A stretch of DNA of 63,114 bases, counting the filler, from Octopus bimaculoides (lineage: Eukaryota), in the NCBI RefSeq assembly GCF_001194135.2. It is 5 parts of 5 records of this genome, joined end to end, with 100 filler letters (N's around TTAATTAATTAA, not from the genome) between each part and the next. Parts side by side here need not be neighbours in the genome. Positions count along the whole stretch, not along the records: positions 40,784 to 47,625 come from NC_069002.1; positions 47,726 to 57,453 come from NC_069001.1; 3 more parts are not named here. One strand, 5' to 3'. Shown piece after piece: positions 41,301-54,109 of the stretch; the first letter of the stretch is position 1; the number at the start of each line of letters is the position of its first letter. The notes under the pieces are model-generated. The model was not told where the DNA came from. It worked only from the letters and a program-made list of their open reading frames with translations, and did not search any database. The translations under genes were made by a program, and so were the position numbers.

Positions 41301-42485
41301 CTACCGGCGATCAATAGCCAAAGCAACACAACCCCCTTTGTTGACATCAGCAATCGATTGCCAAGAAGAGACAAATCCCCTTTGTTGACATTGAGTAATG
41401 AGGTCATACAGCTGTTTGCGATAGTAATCGAAGAGGAACAACTTCCAGGTTATCTCTACTAAATGTCACCATTATGTTCTATTATATTTTTTGTTTACTG
41501 CCTGTGTTGTATATTAAATGCTTTTTTTTTTGTTTTTGGTTCTTGTGTTGGAGTAACCAGTAAACATTGAAAATCAACACCAAGAAGGAAGAAGTATTAT
41601 TTACATATATTTATTTGTCTGCCCAACATCGGTGATCTATCTACACATAAAGTGCACCTGTGTTTAAATGACCTATAGAGCTATGAGTTCACAGCTAGCT
41701 TTTTTGTAGTTGATGTGTATGTAGTTTCAAAAAATGCCTTATTTTACAAATATGAGATGTATTGTCATTTTTATGTAATTTTTATGTAATTTTGGTAAAT
41801 ATGTCTGTTAAAATGAGATGTCAGTGTTATTTTCATGTTTGCGTAATTTAGAAGACAATTTATTCATCACACCTTGTATAGACGCATAATAATTGTATAT
41901 ATGCATAATAACTACATATTAAAACAAGAGATATATTCACCATTACACATGTTTCATTTGCTAATAGGAGTTACAAAATTAGGAGAAACATGCAAAATGT
42001 TTACTATTAATATTTATTCAATGTATAATGCACCTTGTGTAGAATACAAAGTCAGTTATTTTAAGATAAAAACAAAAAAAAACAAGAATTTGTGTCTATA
42101 TCTAATGTGTAGGGCTGTTATATACTCCATGGAAGAAATAAAATAATTAGAAATTTTTGTTTAATTATTATTATTATGCTAATTAATATCTCATTATCCC
42201 CTGTTATTAAACTCTGAATCATTATCAGCTTCTTGTTCACTTGCAATTTATTCCACATTCTTTAATTTTTTCATCATCATTTTCCAATCCATCAATGCAA
42301 TCGTTATTGAACACTTTTGTGATATTTTTGATCAATTTTATATGAGAATCAATAAAGTCTCAGGTTTCCTCTAGATATTGGGGCAAAGAAGATTTTTAGT
42401 TTTGTCTGAAGCACTCAAATCAGTGTTGGGATTAGCCAATATATTTTGAAATAAAATTATTTCAATATTTGTTCAAAGTGTTTCA

Positions 42486-43260
42486 TTATCATCATCATTT
42501 GACGTCTGTTGTCCATGCTGGCATGGGTTGGATGGTTTGACTAGGGCTGGTAAGCTGGAAGGCTGCACCAGACTCCAGTCTGATTTGGCATGGTTTTCTA
42601 CAGCTGGATGCTCTTCCTAACCCCAACCACTTCAAGGGTGTAATGGGTGCTTTTACGTGGCACCAGCATGGGTGCTATTTGCGTGACACTGGCATCTGCC
42701 ATGACTGCAATTTTACTCAGCTTGATAGGTTTTCTTCTCAAGCACGGGATAATATCAAAGGACTCTGTCATTGCCTCCGTAAGGCCCAACACTCGAAAGG
42801 AACTCAGCCATTTTGCCTCCATGAGGCCCAACGCTCAAAAGGAACTCAGCCACTTCACCTCCGTGAAGCCTGCTTGAAAGGAACTCAACCACATCACCTC
42901 CATGAGGCCCAACACTCAGAAGGAACTCAANNNNNNNNNNNNNNNNNNNNNNNNNNNNNNNNNNNNNNNNNNNNNNNNNNNNNNNNCTCCGTGAAGCCTG
43001 CTTGAAAGGAACTCAACCACATCACCTCCATGAGGCCCAACACTCAGAAGGAACTCAGCCACTTCACTTCCGTGAAGCCTGCTTGAAAGGAACTCAACCA
43101 CATCACCTCCATGAGGCCCAACACTCAGAAGGAACTCAACCACTTTGCCTTCATGAAGCCCAATCTTCAAAAGGAACTCTGCTACTTTGCCTCCGTCAGG
43201 CCCAACACTCGAAAGGAACTCAGCCACTTTGCCTCCGTCAGGCCCAATGTTCAAAGATTG
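42486..43260 (-). mobile_element. RTE-like 3' element carrying an expanded 81-bp (39+42) minisatellite
   Basis: The start matches the 32018 family. ctccgtgaagcctgcttgaaaggaactcaaccacatcac alternates with ctccatgaggcccaacactcagaaggaactcagccacttcac. Confidence 0.8.
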
Positions 43261-43981
43261 ATGTTTTACATGCTACCATGTAAATATTTTGTGGTTGTAA
43301 AATATTTGTAAAAACCCACAAGGAATGATGACAAGTCCTCTATTATGCTGACGCTATTATTTTTCATTTATCACATCTGTGAGATGGCCATAAAAAGAAT
43401 GCTGTATAAACATCAATTATTATTTTAGTAGAACACCATCATGATAATCACAAATAAATCTACTTTCCTACCAAATTATTACCCACCCAACCCTTTTCTC
43501 TAACACAGATAATGACATTATTTGCAGATTTAATCTCTTTGGTTGTGTTTTTATGAGATAAGCAACCAGTTTCCACCCATTAGTAGGAGAGCAAACATAA
43601 CTATGTCAGCTGTCATTCATCATCATTATTTAAAAGTCCACTTTCCAGGCTGGCATGGGTTATACACTTTTCAAAGACAGCAATGTTTTCCAAGTTCATT
43701 AGATAAATACAGGTTTCCTTTTCTAGAAACCAATGATAAATTGTTGGAATTAAATAAATATTTCTTCATAGTCTTTAGACATCCATTGGCACAATGGTTC
43801 TTTAACTAATTATGACTTACTTTGAAACAAGAACTACAAGTGAAACATTGCTTCAATTTTTTCCCAAAACTGGAATATTTATCATTTCATTTGAAATAGT
43901 TAAGCTGTATTCTCTGAAATCATAAGAATAATTTTTTTGGCAATTCTGACAACTTGTATTTCCATTATTCTTGTATTGCAG

Positions 43982-44114
43982 AATGGTCTGGCATCAGCTT
44001 TACCCTATATTGGTCTTTGGATTCTTATCAATGTTTTTGCTGTTCTTGCTGATTTCGTACGAACGAAGAACTACCTCAGCACAACCTGGACAAGGAGGTC
44101 TTTTGATGCTACAG
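43982..44114 (+). CDS. SLC17: SLC17 (sialin-like) transporter internal exon, NGLASALPYIGLWILINVFAVLADFVRTKNYLSTTWTRRSFDAT(G)
   Basis: Acceptor ttgtattgcag and donor acag|gtaac. The NGxxSALPY ... LAD ... LSTTxxR pattern is typical of SLC17 TM8. Exact paralogue not assignable. Confidence 0.9.
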
Positions 44115-44504
44115 GTAACAATATCACCTGAGATTTGTTGTTATTATTTGACCCCAGATCATCTCTAGTTAGTCTAACCTAGGACAAAAATAGTGACCAA
44201 CCCTGCGAACCTTCATCACTTTCAACAAGGCATATACACTTATTTAAGCACCTGAACAACAAACTCATTAAATTGACATTTAACTGGTTGAGTATACCAC
44301 AGACATGTTTCCTCTTAACATAATCCCCATTTGGAATCAGTGTGACACAATGCATGCCGCAATGTGTGACAAAGTTGAACCTTTTAAATATTGGTACAAT
44401 CCTTTCCACAGGCTTCTTCACAGTTTCCATTAATCCACTTGCAGTCACAAAGTTGGGTTGGTCCATGACTATGGTACATGGCACCCAGACATCCAGCTAC
44501 CCTG

Positions 44505-44640
44505 TCTCTGAGGCACCTTGTCTCCCAGGCACCTTGTCTCCCAGGCACCTTGTCTCCCAGGCACCTTGTCTTCCAGGCACCTTGTCTCCCAGGCACCTTG
44601 TCTCCCAGGCACCTTGTCTCCCAGGCACCTTGTCTCCCAG
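44505..44640. repeat. 16-bp minisatellite (tctcccaggcaccttg), about 8 copies, next to a decayed SINE head
   Basis: Direct inspection. Explains the periodic ORFs in track 44342-44721. Confidence 0.95.
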
Positions 44641-45350
44641 TTACCTAGGTATCCTGCCACTCCACTGCCCAGGTACATGAGATTGAACCCAGGATACCTG
44701 ATTATGAAACCAACTATTTAACCACTCAGCCATGCTGCATCCACATTAGATGATCCAGGATTAAATACAGGATTAAATTATTTAATCCGAGGTTATCTAA
44801 TATACTTCATTCTTTTTAAGGCGGTAGAGTGAATTAAGAGAGATTTGGCTGCTATTTCTTGCAGGAAAAACAACTTTGTTTTCAGTTAACTATTGTTGTT
44901 ATTGTTGTTGTTGCTGGTGCTGGTGCTGCTGCTGCTGCTATCGCTTCTCTTGTTGCTGTTGCTACTGTGTGATCAAGGCCAATCGAGCCATGACCATCCC
45001 ATCTTTTTAGTATATCAGTGAAAAAAACTTCAAAAGCAGTGGAGGAGGTTTCTATATGGTCTTTTGACTTGCTAGAAATAGCAGTAAAGTCTTCTTTGAA
45101 TCACATCAACCATCTTTTAAAAAAAAGGACACATCGGGAAATGCCACATGATACTTAAATCTGAAAAAGAAACAGGCAGGATGGTCACATTTGGAAAGCC
45201 TGTGATCATACATTTGTATCAGCAATCTAGAATGAATCAAGAACAGCCACAAAGTTTACAAATATTTTTCTTTTTTTGTTGTTGTTGTTGTTGTTGTTGT
45301 TGTTTGTGTAAATTATTCTTTTATCTGTTTTTAATTGTCTTTAATTTCAG

Positions 45351-45592
45351 GCAAAATTGTTCCTGCAATCCTTTTAATTGGCCTTGGCTACATGGACTGT
45401 CGGACACCTTACGTTGCTGTTGCTCTCCTCACATTGGCTGTCTCATTGACTGGGCTTCAGTACAGTGGTTTTATTGTGAACCATGTTGATATTGCTCCCC
45501 CAGTTGCAGGAATATTGTTTGGAATATCAAACTCCCTTGCTGCCATCACTGGTTTCATCTCACCATTAGTAACAGCAGCTGTCACTCCAAAT
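45351..45592 (+). CDS. SLC17: SLC17 internal exon, (G)KIVPAILLIGLGYMDCRTPYVAVALLTLAVSLTGLQYSGFIVNHVDIAPPVAGILFGISNSLAAITGFISPLVTAAVTPN
   Basis: Acceptor ttaatttcag and donor aat|gtaagc. NHxDIAPxxAGILxGIxN is the SLC17 motif. Phase matches the previous exon. Confidence 0.93.
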
Positions 45593-46114
45593 GTAAGCAT
45601 TACTTCTTTTTTTTTTTTTTTGCTAGCCTTCATCATGAGGTGAAAGACATTCCACCTATGACCATCACTACTTTTTACCCATATATATGTGGTTCGCATT
45701 GCTTTTTTCAAAAATAGTGGCCTGTGATTTAAGAGAAATTTGGCTGCTATTTCTAGCCGGTGAAGTGACTACCCAGAGGCTCACCATGATTGGTTTATAA
45801 TAATTAGTAAGGAGAATCATGGATGGAAGTGCTAGAATCAGAAGTGTGGAAAATAAAATGTTTTTCATTCTGATTATAAAATCTATAAGTAAATTAACTA
45901 CCTGTGATATACTGGGGTCAACATGTACAACTGTATCCAACCAATATTTCAAGTAATGAGTCAATGCTACAAATCGTTTTGGCTACATGTGGCTATTTTC
46001 TTGATTCCTTTATTTAAATAAATGACATCATCATCATCGTCATCATCATCGTCATCATTATCATCATTATTATCACTGGAAGCTTTATTGTAATTGTTAT
46101 TGTCGTTATTATTG

Positions 46115-47490
46115 TTTTGATTCGCACTGTTCTATTTGCGGTTGTTCTTTACTTGAAAGCAGACAATAACAAATCACCAAAGGTTTCAAGTAGTACCTTC
46201 TCCTGTCACTCAAAGAGACAATACTTTCCAATGCAAGCTATACCCAACAATATTGTCTTCTGGATCACCTCGAGCCTAACAACAGCTCCAATATTCTTAA
46301 AATGTTTTTCAATGCTCTTGGAAACTGCTCCTAATGCTCCATTTACCACCGATATCACCATTATTTGCCTCATGCCCCATAGCTTTCCTATCTCATCCTG
46401 CAGTGGCTGGTATTTCTCAAACTTTTCTGTTTCTTTACATTTCACCCTTGAATCACCTGGTATTGCAACATCTATTATCTTTACTTCTTTTTCATCTTTG
46501 TGGATGATCACGATATCTGGTCATTTTGCCTCTATGACTTGGTCACACTGCATGTTAAAATCCCAGATTTGTACTGTTCATTTTCCATTACTCCCTTTGG
46601 CTTGTGTTCATATTATTGTTCAGCTCTCTCGAGGTTTGCTTTACCACACAACAACCAGTAGACATATCTGGCCACATTGTCGTGTCTCCTTTTGTATTCG
46701 CGTTCTGTGAGCTTACAGCATTCATTAACAATATGGCTTATACTTTCTCCCTTCTCAGAGCACATCATACACTATGGCGAGTCATTGCTTTTGTCAATGT
46801 GATATTTGGAGTAGTTTGTTCTGAGACCTCGTTCTTGAGCGCTGCACACTAATGCCTCAGTGGGGCCTTTTAAGTCTCCTTTCTGTAGCTATTGCCAGGT
46901 TCTCTTCCAATCAATCTCATCTTTATTCTTCAAGAACTGCCTGTGCATTTTCTTGTCCTGCCAAATTTTCTTCATCTGCTCTCTCTGGTCTTTCTTAAAT
47001 CATATTGGATCTACAGCTTAGTTCACTTTTAAAGTTCCCCACATTTTCACTGCTTCAATCCTTTCTTCTTTACTCACCTTGAGATACCGAGCCAGGCTAT
47101 TCTCCTCTTCCCTTACACAATCTTCACAACACACCAATCCCTGTCCTCTGTTTTTCCTCTTTACATATAATCTTGACACATCACTCTTGGGGTGTAGTTC
47201 CTTGTTCATTGTCATTAATTTACATGTTCTCCAGTCTGTCTCTTGTAGTTCATTCTTCTTCCAAGACACTATTTCTGCCCCATATCTCATCAAAGCAACT
47301 GNNNNNNNNNNTTTCTTGATCCCAAATTCCATGCCAATATCTTTGCTAATCATCTGCACAGCTGCCGTCAGACTCTCAATTTCTCTCTCAGTCTAAGCAA
47401 ATAGCTTTAGGTCATCCATAAACCACAGGTTGTTTACTTTCCCCCTGCCTAGCATTTCATTTAAATTAACTAACACCACATTAAATAATT
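46115..47490 (-). mobile_element. R4/Dong-like retrotransposon remnant in an SLC17 intron
   Basis: KVNNLWFMDDLKLFA (RT YxDD motif), MEFGIKK, LYVKRKNRGQGL, and RLE region IIDVAIPGDSRVKCKETEKFEKYQPL..GALG..VIQKTILLG. Contains stops. Confidence 0.9.
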
Positions 47491-47550
47491 AATTAGTTAA
47501 TTAATTAATTAGCATTTAACAATTTCCGTTGTATCCTTTTTGTGTTGCAG

Positions 47551-47625
47551 GGAACCCAAGCAGAATGGCAAATTGTTTTCTACATCTCAGCTGCCATTTA
47601 TATTTTTGGTGCTGTCTTTTACTTC
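47551..47625 (+). CDS. SLC17: SLC17 exon truncated by an assembly gap, GTQAEWQIVFYISAAIYIFGAVFYF...
   Basis: Acceptor tgtgttgcag, phase 0. EWQxVFYIxAAIxxFGxxFY is SLC17 TM12. Runs into N at 47626. Confidence 0.9.
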
Positions 47626-47725
47626 NNNNNNNNNNNNNNNNNNNNNNNNNNNNNNNNNNNNNNNNNNNNTTAATTAATTAANNNNNNNNNNNNNNNNNNN
47701 NNNNNNNNNNNNNNNNNNNNNNNNN

Positions 47726-48224
47726 GAACGAACCGGCCGCTGGCTAAGACATACTTATAACTCCCATGTCCCTTACTCACTCCGATACGACGTACAAGTT
47801 TAAACAGATGCAATTTCCCATCAAACTCTGCTTTCCAATGACAATCAACAAGGCGCAGGGACAATCAATGCAAGCGGTTGGTTTGAATTTGACAGAGCAA
47901 GTATTCTCACACGCACAACTGTACGTTGGCTGTCCCCATGGTCTCTCTATTTGTGCTCCCGAGGGAAGGACGAAGAATGTTGTGTACCAAGAGGCACTTC
48001 AACTGCTTCAATTTCAACGCCGCAATTTTTTCATCGTCCTGCCAGCCGACGGTAAGTCCAGTTTTGCTTTGCTCTCCATACTAACACACCATGACATTCT
48101 TTTTTTTCTACCAAGATCCGTCGCCCAAAAACACCACTTCGTATCCATTTCTTCCTCTTTTTTATGTCATCGTTTCTCTCTTCACGTCGTTCTTTGACCG
48201 GGTGAAACCGGGCTTAGCTGCTAG
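47726..48224 (+). mobile_element. Helitron 3' end (PIF1-like helicase tail plus CTAG terminus)
   Basis: QFPIKLCFPMTINKAQGQS...VFSHAQLYVG..TKNVVY, then a short GC hairpin (ccgg-gtgaaa-ccgg) and CTAG at 48221-48224 followed by T. Confidence 0.88.
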
Positions 48225-49076
48225 TATACAACTATTTATGAAGACCAGAAAATTGTCAATATTATCATTTATTTTCAGTTGTTGTTTCTACACAAGGGTG
48301 CGGATGACAAACGCAGGTAAAATTGTCTTAAGTATAGCAGAGGCGAAAATATTAGAACGGTGTGCATTGGCCGGGGATACGATTAGTTAAAAAATAAAAT
48401 GATTATGATCGGCTGGGGGTAAAGTTATAATTCAAAGCTATATAAATTGGAAAAATTGTTGTCTTACTTGTAATATGTCCTTTAATCGTATAATTACAGG
48501 AAAACAGAGGTTTTGTTGATATGCCTTTCTCATTTTGAGACAAATGTTTATAAAGCTTTAAAAGTAAAGTTACTCTAAGCCTTTGTTATATATGAGTGAT
48601 TTTGAATGCATATGAGTGCATGAAAAGACCATCCAAAATTACCGTTCTATAATGATATCTGTAGTTTTTTTTTGGCAGATTTATAATGTTGAATCGTTAA
48701 GTAAGCACAGGTTTTGATGTAACAGATGATTTACCATTTGATTAAATAAGTCTACTACTCTGTTTGGCATTCCAGTTAAATTCGGATAACGTGGTAACAA
48801 AATAAGTCATTTTTGCTGTAAGATATACTGGCGTAAGAAATCACGGGTTTTTAATGAATTTGTTGTTAATCTATTTACCATTTAGATATGGTTTGACTTT
48901 AACAATGTAAATCATAAGCGTCAAGCACCTTTAGATTTGTGGATGGGTTTGGGGCACAAACCATATCTTAAGGGCTGGGTAGGAACAATTATTCCTCAAA
49001 CCCGTATTAATAATGTAGGCTGAAGTAAATGCGTAAAGCGATTAGAATACTTTATAACAACCATGTGGCCATTATA

Positions 49077-49202
49077 CAGGGTGTCCTGAAAGTCTGGGTA
49101 CATGAGATTAACACATACTTTAAGAAATTATTATTTCTTTGAATTAATTATTTATGTTATGATTTTATTTACTTCAGGTACCCAGTCTTTATGAACACCA
49201 TG
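49077..49202. mobile_element. 126-bp Tc1/mariner-type MITE
   Basis: TA|cagggtgtcctgaaagtctgggtac ... gtacccagtctttatgaacaccatg|TA. Confidence 0.8.
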
Positions 49203-51179
49203 TATAATTTTACTGAATTATTTCTAAAATAACAATGACAAAAATGGTGATTGTAAAGATCTAGCTTCGTACCCAAGTGTAGCATGCTGTTTGATTTCCT
49301 TTAGAAATGGAATTACAGTTGATTATAGATATGTGGGGGTGAGTAGATTTATAGAGTTGAAGAGCCAAGTGAGAAGATAATATGGTTTGCTTGAATAAAA
49401 AGATTTATAAAGCATCTATTAATAAACTTGTGATATTTATTACTTGGAGCATCTATCTTTGTGTTCAGTTTAAAACGATATGTGCAAAAATAGATGCTTC
49501 TTGATTGAAACAAAAGTTTAACCAAAATGACATATCGTTTTGCGTTATTGACGTACGTTTTTATTCAAATATATTGTAAATGTACAGTGAATTTCCTTCA
49601 TGCTACATTTAATACTATGAAGCATTTACGAAAGTATATCTATCGCGAGAGTGATTCGAAATACCTTTGAAATATTATAAAACTAAATCGCTTTTAATAT
49701 TATGAGGGGAATATGGTAATTTGTCTATATATATTGCAGAGACTAAGTTTTATGTAAAGAGAAAAATAGAAGCATCTATTGAGCTTATGTGCTACAACTA
49801 AGATGTGAACAATATATATGCTTGACTCAACTGTTTGATTAATTCACGATTTATAAAAATGTATGATTGTCGTTTGTTTATTCATCTTTTCGTACAGAGT
49901 TGAGTTCATGTTGATTTAACAGAAGAGCAATATCTTTATTTAGCTTTGTCAAGAACGTAGGGAAATTTCATGTGTTGGTGGTTTAGTAAGTTAAAACCGA
50001 TAATGTCGATATTTCTCCGTTGAAACGTTCGAAATCATAATAACATCAAAGTGTGTATTGGAACTGCTTTTTCTTTATACGTAGAATGTTCTGGAACAAG
50101 TCAGTTAGCGATGCATGTAGAATAATCATTTATCTCCTCTTTTAACTTATACATATTTCAGTTGTTGCACTGCGGTGATGCTGGGGCAGGGCCATCGAAG
50201 TTGTTAATGGAAAAAATCGACTTATTTTTTTGAATGTGGTACAAACTCTATCGCTCTTTTGTTGCCAAACTCTAAGTTACTCGGATGCAAACATACCAAC
50301 GCCAGCTGTCAGCTGTCAAGCAGTGGATATGGTGGACAAATAAAAACAGAAACACATACGCACGCCATCATTCACACAAACGCACGCCATCATTCACACA
50401 AACGCCCACGCACATACACGATGGGCTTCCACACAGTTTCCGTCTACTAAATTCACTCGGAAAGCTTTTGCCCATGGTGCTGTGCGGTGGAGCGGAACTC
50501 AGTATCACGTGGTTGCACAGTGAATTTCTTATCCACAGAGCCTTGCTTGTGCCTATAAAGAAACCAAACCACCCACAGAATGTCGATGCTTGAAATTGAA
50601 CGAAAGATCTTTAGATTTTCAATCCAACGTTAAGTGACAGATTCCAAGCTTACGAATTCCTGGTATCAAATGCAATAGTCTTTTACATAGTACTAAATAA
50701 ATTTAGGTTCTTCTATGTGGCGTAAGCAATTTAAACCAGTTGATCACAGCGATCGAATTATTCGAGAAATGAAAGAAGAAAGCTATTGGTGTGGGGGGGG
50801 GGGAATAACAAGATGCATTCAGATTTGAGTAATTTCTGTAGGCGTTGTTTACTGTAGTCTAACAAAATTTAATTTATCCAAGATATTCTACTTTACACTG
50901 CTCGTGCAGAAAAATATTTATTAAGAAATCAAACACGCTCTTTACTAAATCACCATATGCAAATTAATCTAACTATTTAAGCTAAGAATTAGTGCATGTA
51001 TGATTTAAATAATAATTGCTATGATTTCGTAATCAAAGAAGGTAGAAGTGGTGATCCAATGAACAGACGATAGTTAACTATGAAAAGTATCCGAACATTC
51101 ACTTTTTGTTTTCTGTTCACGAAAGAAAGAAATATATTCTCTTCTCTACACGCCACAATGCATACATATATATGTATGT

Positions 51180-51380
51180 ATATGTATATAGCGCAACAAT
51201 ATCCAGAATATAGCGCAGCTATATCTAGAATGTGGGTAACGGGTCACCAACTTGTTTACGAGTTACGCTTAAAAATTCCTGAAGAAGGCTGGAGGGTATA
51301 TCAGTTGAAAAGTTGTGTTAGCAATAAAGAAGATAAGGACAAATATCCCTCGAATGTAAATAATGAATATAAATATTTCT
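51180..51380 (+). mobile_element. Penelope-like pseudo-LTR fragment with a degenerate hammerhead-like motif
   Basis: CTGAAGA-a-ggctg-(10 nt)-cagtt-GAAA-agtt-gtgtt at 51279-51319. The PLE assignment is inferred from this motif context. Confidence 0.55.
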
Positions 51381-51689
51381 TCGAGATATGTTCAGCGCAC
51401 GACAGATAGATATGTTAGGCAGTAGATATCCTGATTTTGTGAGAAACTTTCTTATTCAGTAATGGCTGTGTTGATAATCGTAGAGTCAAACTCGGTGGTT
51501 CTAGACCATGTTTATTTTACCTGTGAACCCCTTTGATTACTACTTTAATCTGGTGGACCCCCATAGCTCTTCGATATGTAAAAACTATTCTTATATGTAC
51601 TTAGCTTGTACACATTATTTTGTGTAGGTTGAATTCTGTAAACTGTTACACAAAAGGACCAAGTTCTTTCTTCCAATAAATACATCGAA

Positions 51690-51905
51690 GGCGGCGAGCT
51701 GGCAGAAACGATGGCACACCGGCTGAAACGCTTAGCGGTATTTCGTCTGTCTTTATGTTCTGAGTTCAAATTCCGCCGTGGTCGACTTTACCTTTCATCC
51801 TTTGGAGGTCGAGAAATTAAGTACCCGTTGCGTACTGGGGTCGATCTAATCGACTGACCCCTCTCCCCCTCCAAATTTCGAGCTTTGTTCCTACAGTAGA
51901 AAACG
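51690..51905 (+). mobile_element. tRNA-derived SINE, near full length, inserted in a decayed hAT-like MITE (about 51493-52047)
   Basis: ggcggcgagctggcagaaacg head and gagttcaaattcc B-box. The flanks cggtggttcta and ggttgagaaccac resemble Charlie-type TIRs. Confidence 0.8.
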
Positions 51906-52074
51906 AATGAATACATCTAAAACAATAGTTTTTCATGAACATTTAACATACTACAGCTTTTACCCAAATTTATTCTTTCGCTTGCGTGGACATACAAAAA
52001 TCTTATGTAGACCACCAGTGGTCATATGGACGCTGGTTGAGAACCACAATGATAATGCGTTGAATTCTAACGTA

Positions 52075-52490
52075 ATAGCATTCCCCATTGTACCACTGTT
52101 ACAATGCAACTAATACGAGCGCACAGAATAATGAACAATGACTAACAGCAGTAAATAGGATGAAATTTTCATGTTGAAAATAGTAAAGTTTTACTTGGAA
52201 TATAATAACCGTGTCGTCGTCTGATATATCATTGTGTAAGCACAAAAGCTGATCCGAAACTGGCAAGAGAGGGAAAGTAAACTTGTAAAATGTTTTTGAA
52301 ACTGTTTGATCATTTACCAATAAAATTATAAAACATTCATTCCTTTTACATTTTACATAAACTCACCATAAAACGTATAGAATGTATAGTGCGTGTTTTA
52401 TTAAATATACATTAAATTATTTAAAAATATTTAACGGGTCAGTAACTGCCAATAAAGCATTAACTGTTATGTGTATGTCTGGATATGTGA
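52075..52490. repeat. Copy 1 of a diverged ~420-bp duplicated segment
   Basis: Shares tgatcattt(a/g)ccaataaaattataaa(a/g)cattcatt and ttattaaatatacattaaattattt with 56855-57310. Confidence 0.8.
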
Positions 52491-53746
52491 GTGTTCGTAT
52501 ATCATATAATATTATAGTATATATATATATTTTTTTATATATACACGTATATACATACATACATATATATATATGTATAAAGTTGTATGTATCTATGTGT
52601 CTGTGATTGTTCCCCCATCACCGCTTGACAACGAATTTTGGTATGTTTACGTGCCCGTAACTTAGCAGTTTGGCACGAGAGGTCGATAGAATAAGTACTA
52701 GGCTTATAAAGAATAAATCCTGGGGTCGATTTGTTCGACTTAAAGCAGTGCTCCAGCATGTCCGCATCCAAATGACTGAAACCAGTAAAAGAATAAAAGT
52801 ATATATAATTTATGAACAAGAATATTATTGTATGCGATATTGAAATTTTGGCCAGCTAAGTCATCGACTTATCGGTTGAAGTTTTGATGGCACTGTCAAT
52901 AATATTCTTCCTTAAGGATAGTAAATTTGTATTCTACTAATGTATGGAGAAACGGGAAATGTGACCTCTCAGAGAGATCTGGAAAAGAGTTACATGTATC
53001 ATNNNNNNNNNNNNNNNNNNNNNNNNNNNNNNNNNNNNNNNNNNNNNNNNNNNNNNNNNNNNNNNNNNNNNNNNNNNNNNNNNNNNNNNNNNNNNNNNNN
53101 NNNNNNNNNNNNNNNNNNNNNNNNNNNNNNNNNNNNNNNNNNNNNNNNNNNNNNNNNNNNNNNNNNNNNNNNNNNNNNNNNNNNNNNNNNNNNNNNNNNN
53201 NNNNNNNNNNNNNNNNNNNNNNNNNNNNNNNNNNNNNNNNNNNNNNNNNNNNNNNNNNNNNNNNNNNNNNNNNNNNNNNNNNNNNNNNNNNNNNNNNNNN
53301 NNNNNNNNNNNNNNNNNNNNNNNNNNNNNNNNNNNNNNNNNNNNNNNNNNNNNNNNNNNNNNNNNNNNNNNNNNNNNNNNNNNNNNNNNNNNNNNNNNNN
53401 NNNNNNNNNNNNNNNNNNNNNNNNNNNNNNNNNNNNNNNNNNNNNNNNNNNNNNNNNNNNNNNNNNNNNNNNNNNNNNNNNNNNNNNNNNNNNNNNNNNN
53501 NNNNNNNNNNNNNNNNNNNNNNNNNNNNNNNNNNNNNNNNNNNNNNNNNNNNNNNNNNNNNNNNNNNNNNNNNNNNNNNNNNNNNNNNNNNNNNNNNNNN
53601 NNNNNNNNNNNNNNNNNNNNNNNNNNNNNNNNNNNNNNNNNNNNNNNNNNNNNNNNNNNNNNNNNNNNNNNNNNNNNNNNNNNNNNNNNNNNNNNNNNNN
53701 NNNNNNNNNNNNNNNNNNNNNNNNNNNNNNNNNNNNNNNNNNNNNN

Positions 53747-53785
<39 letters not shown>

Positions 53786-54109
53786 ATATATATATATGAC
53801 ACTCGCGCAATCACAGACACACACGCATGCACACACATATATGGACGTATCTTGTAGAAGCTCATTAAGGGATACATCGTATTGAATTTATTGAAATATA
53901 TGCGGTAAGCATTTCACTAAATTCTAATGAAGCAATTAATATTCTGTAAAATGATGACTCAGACTAATATTGGAACGAAAATCGCTGTCATCAGACATAA
54001 AATTAGTCAGACGTATGTATGTATGTATGTATGTATGTTCCCTATCTCTCTTTAATTTTGACCGGCCATCTACTACTTCATAGCGATGATGTGAAGGAAA
54101 GTATTTGTG

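Noticed and set aside
42110-42146. TPWKK after an AG, resembling the SLC17 xPW motif
   Set aside because: Immediate TAA stop and AT-rich non-coding sequence after it.
42643-43311. Repetitive ORFs on both strands
   Set aside because: Produced by a 39/42-bp minisatellite whose unit lengths are multiples of three.
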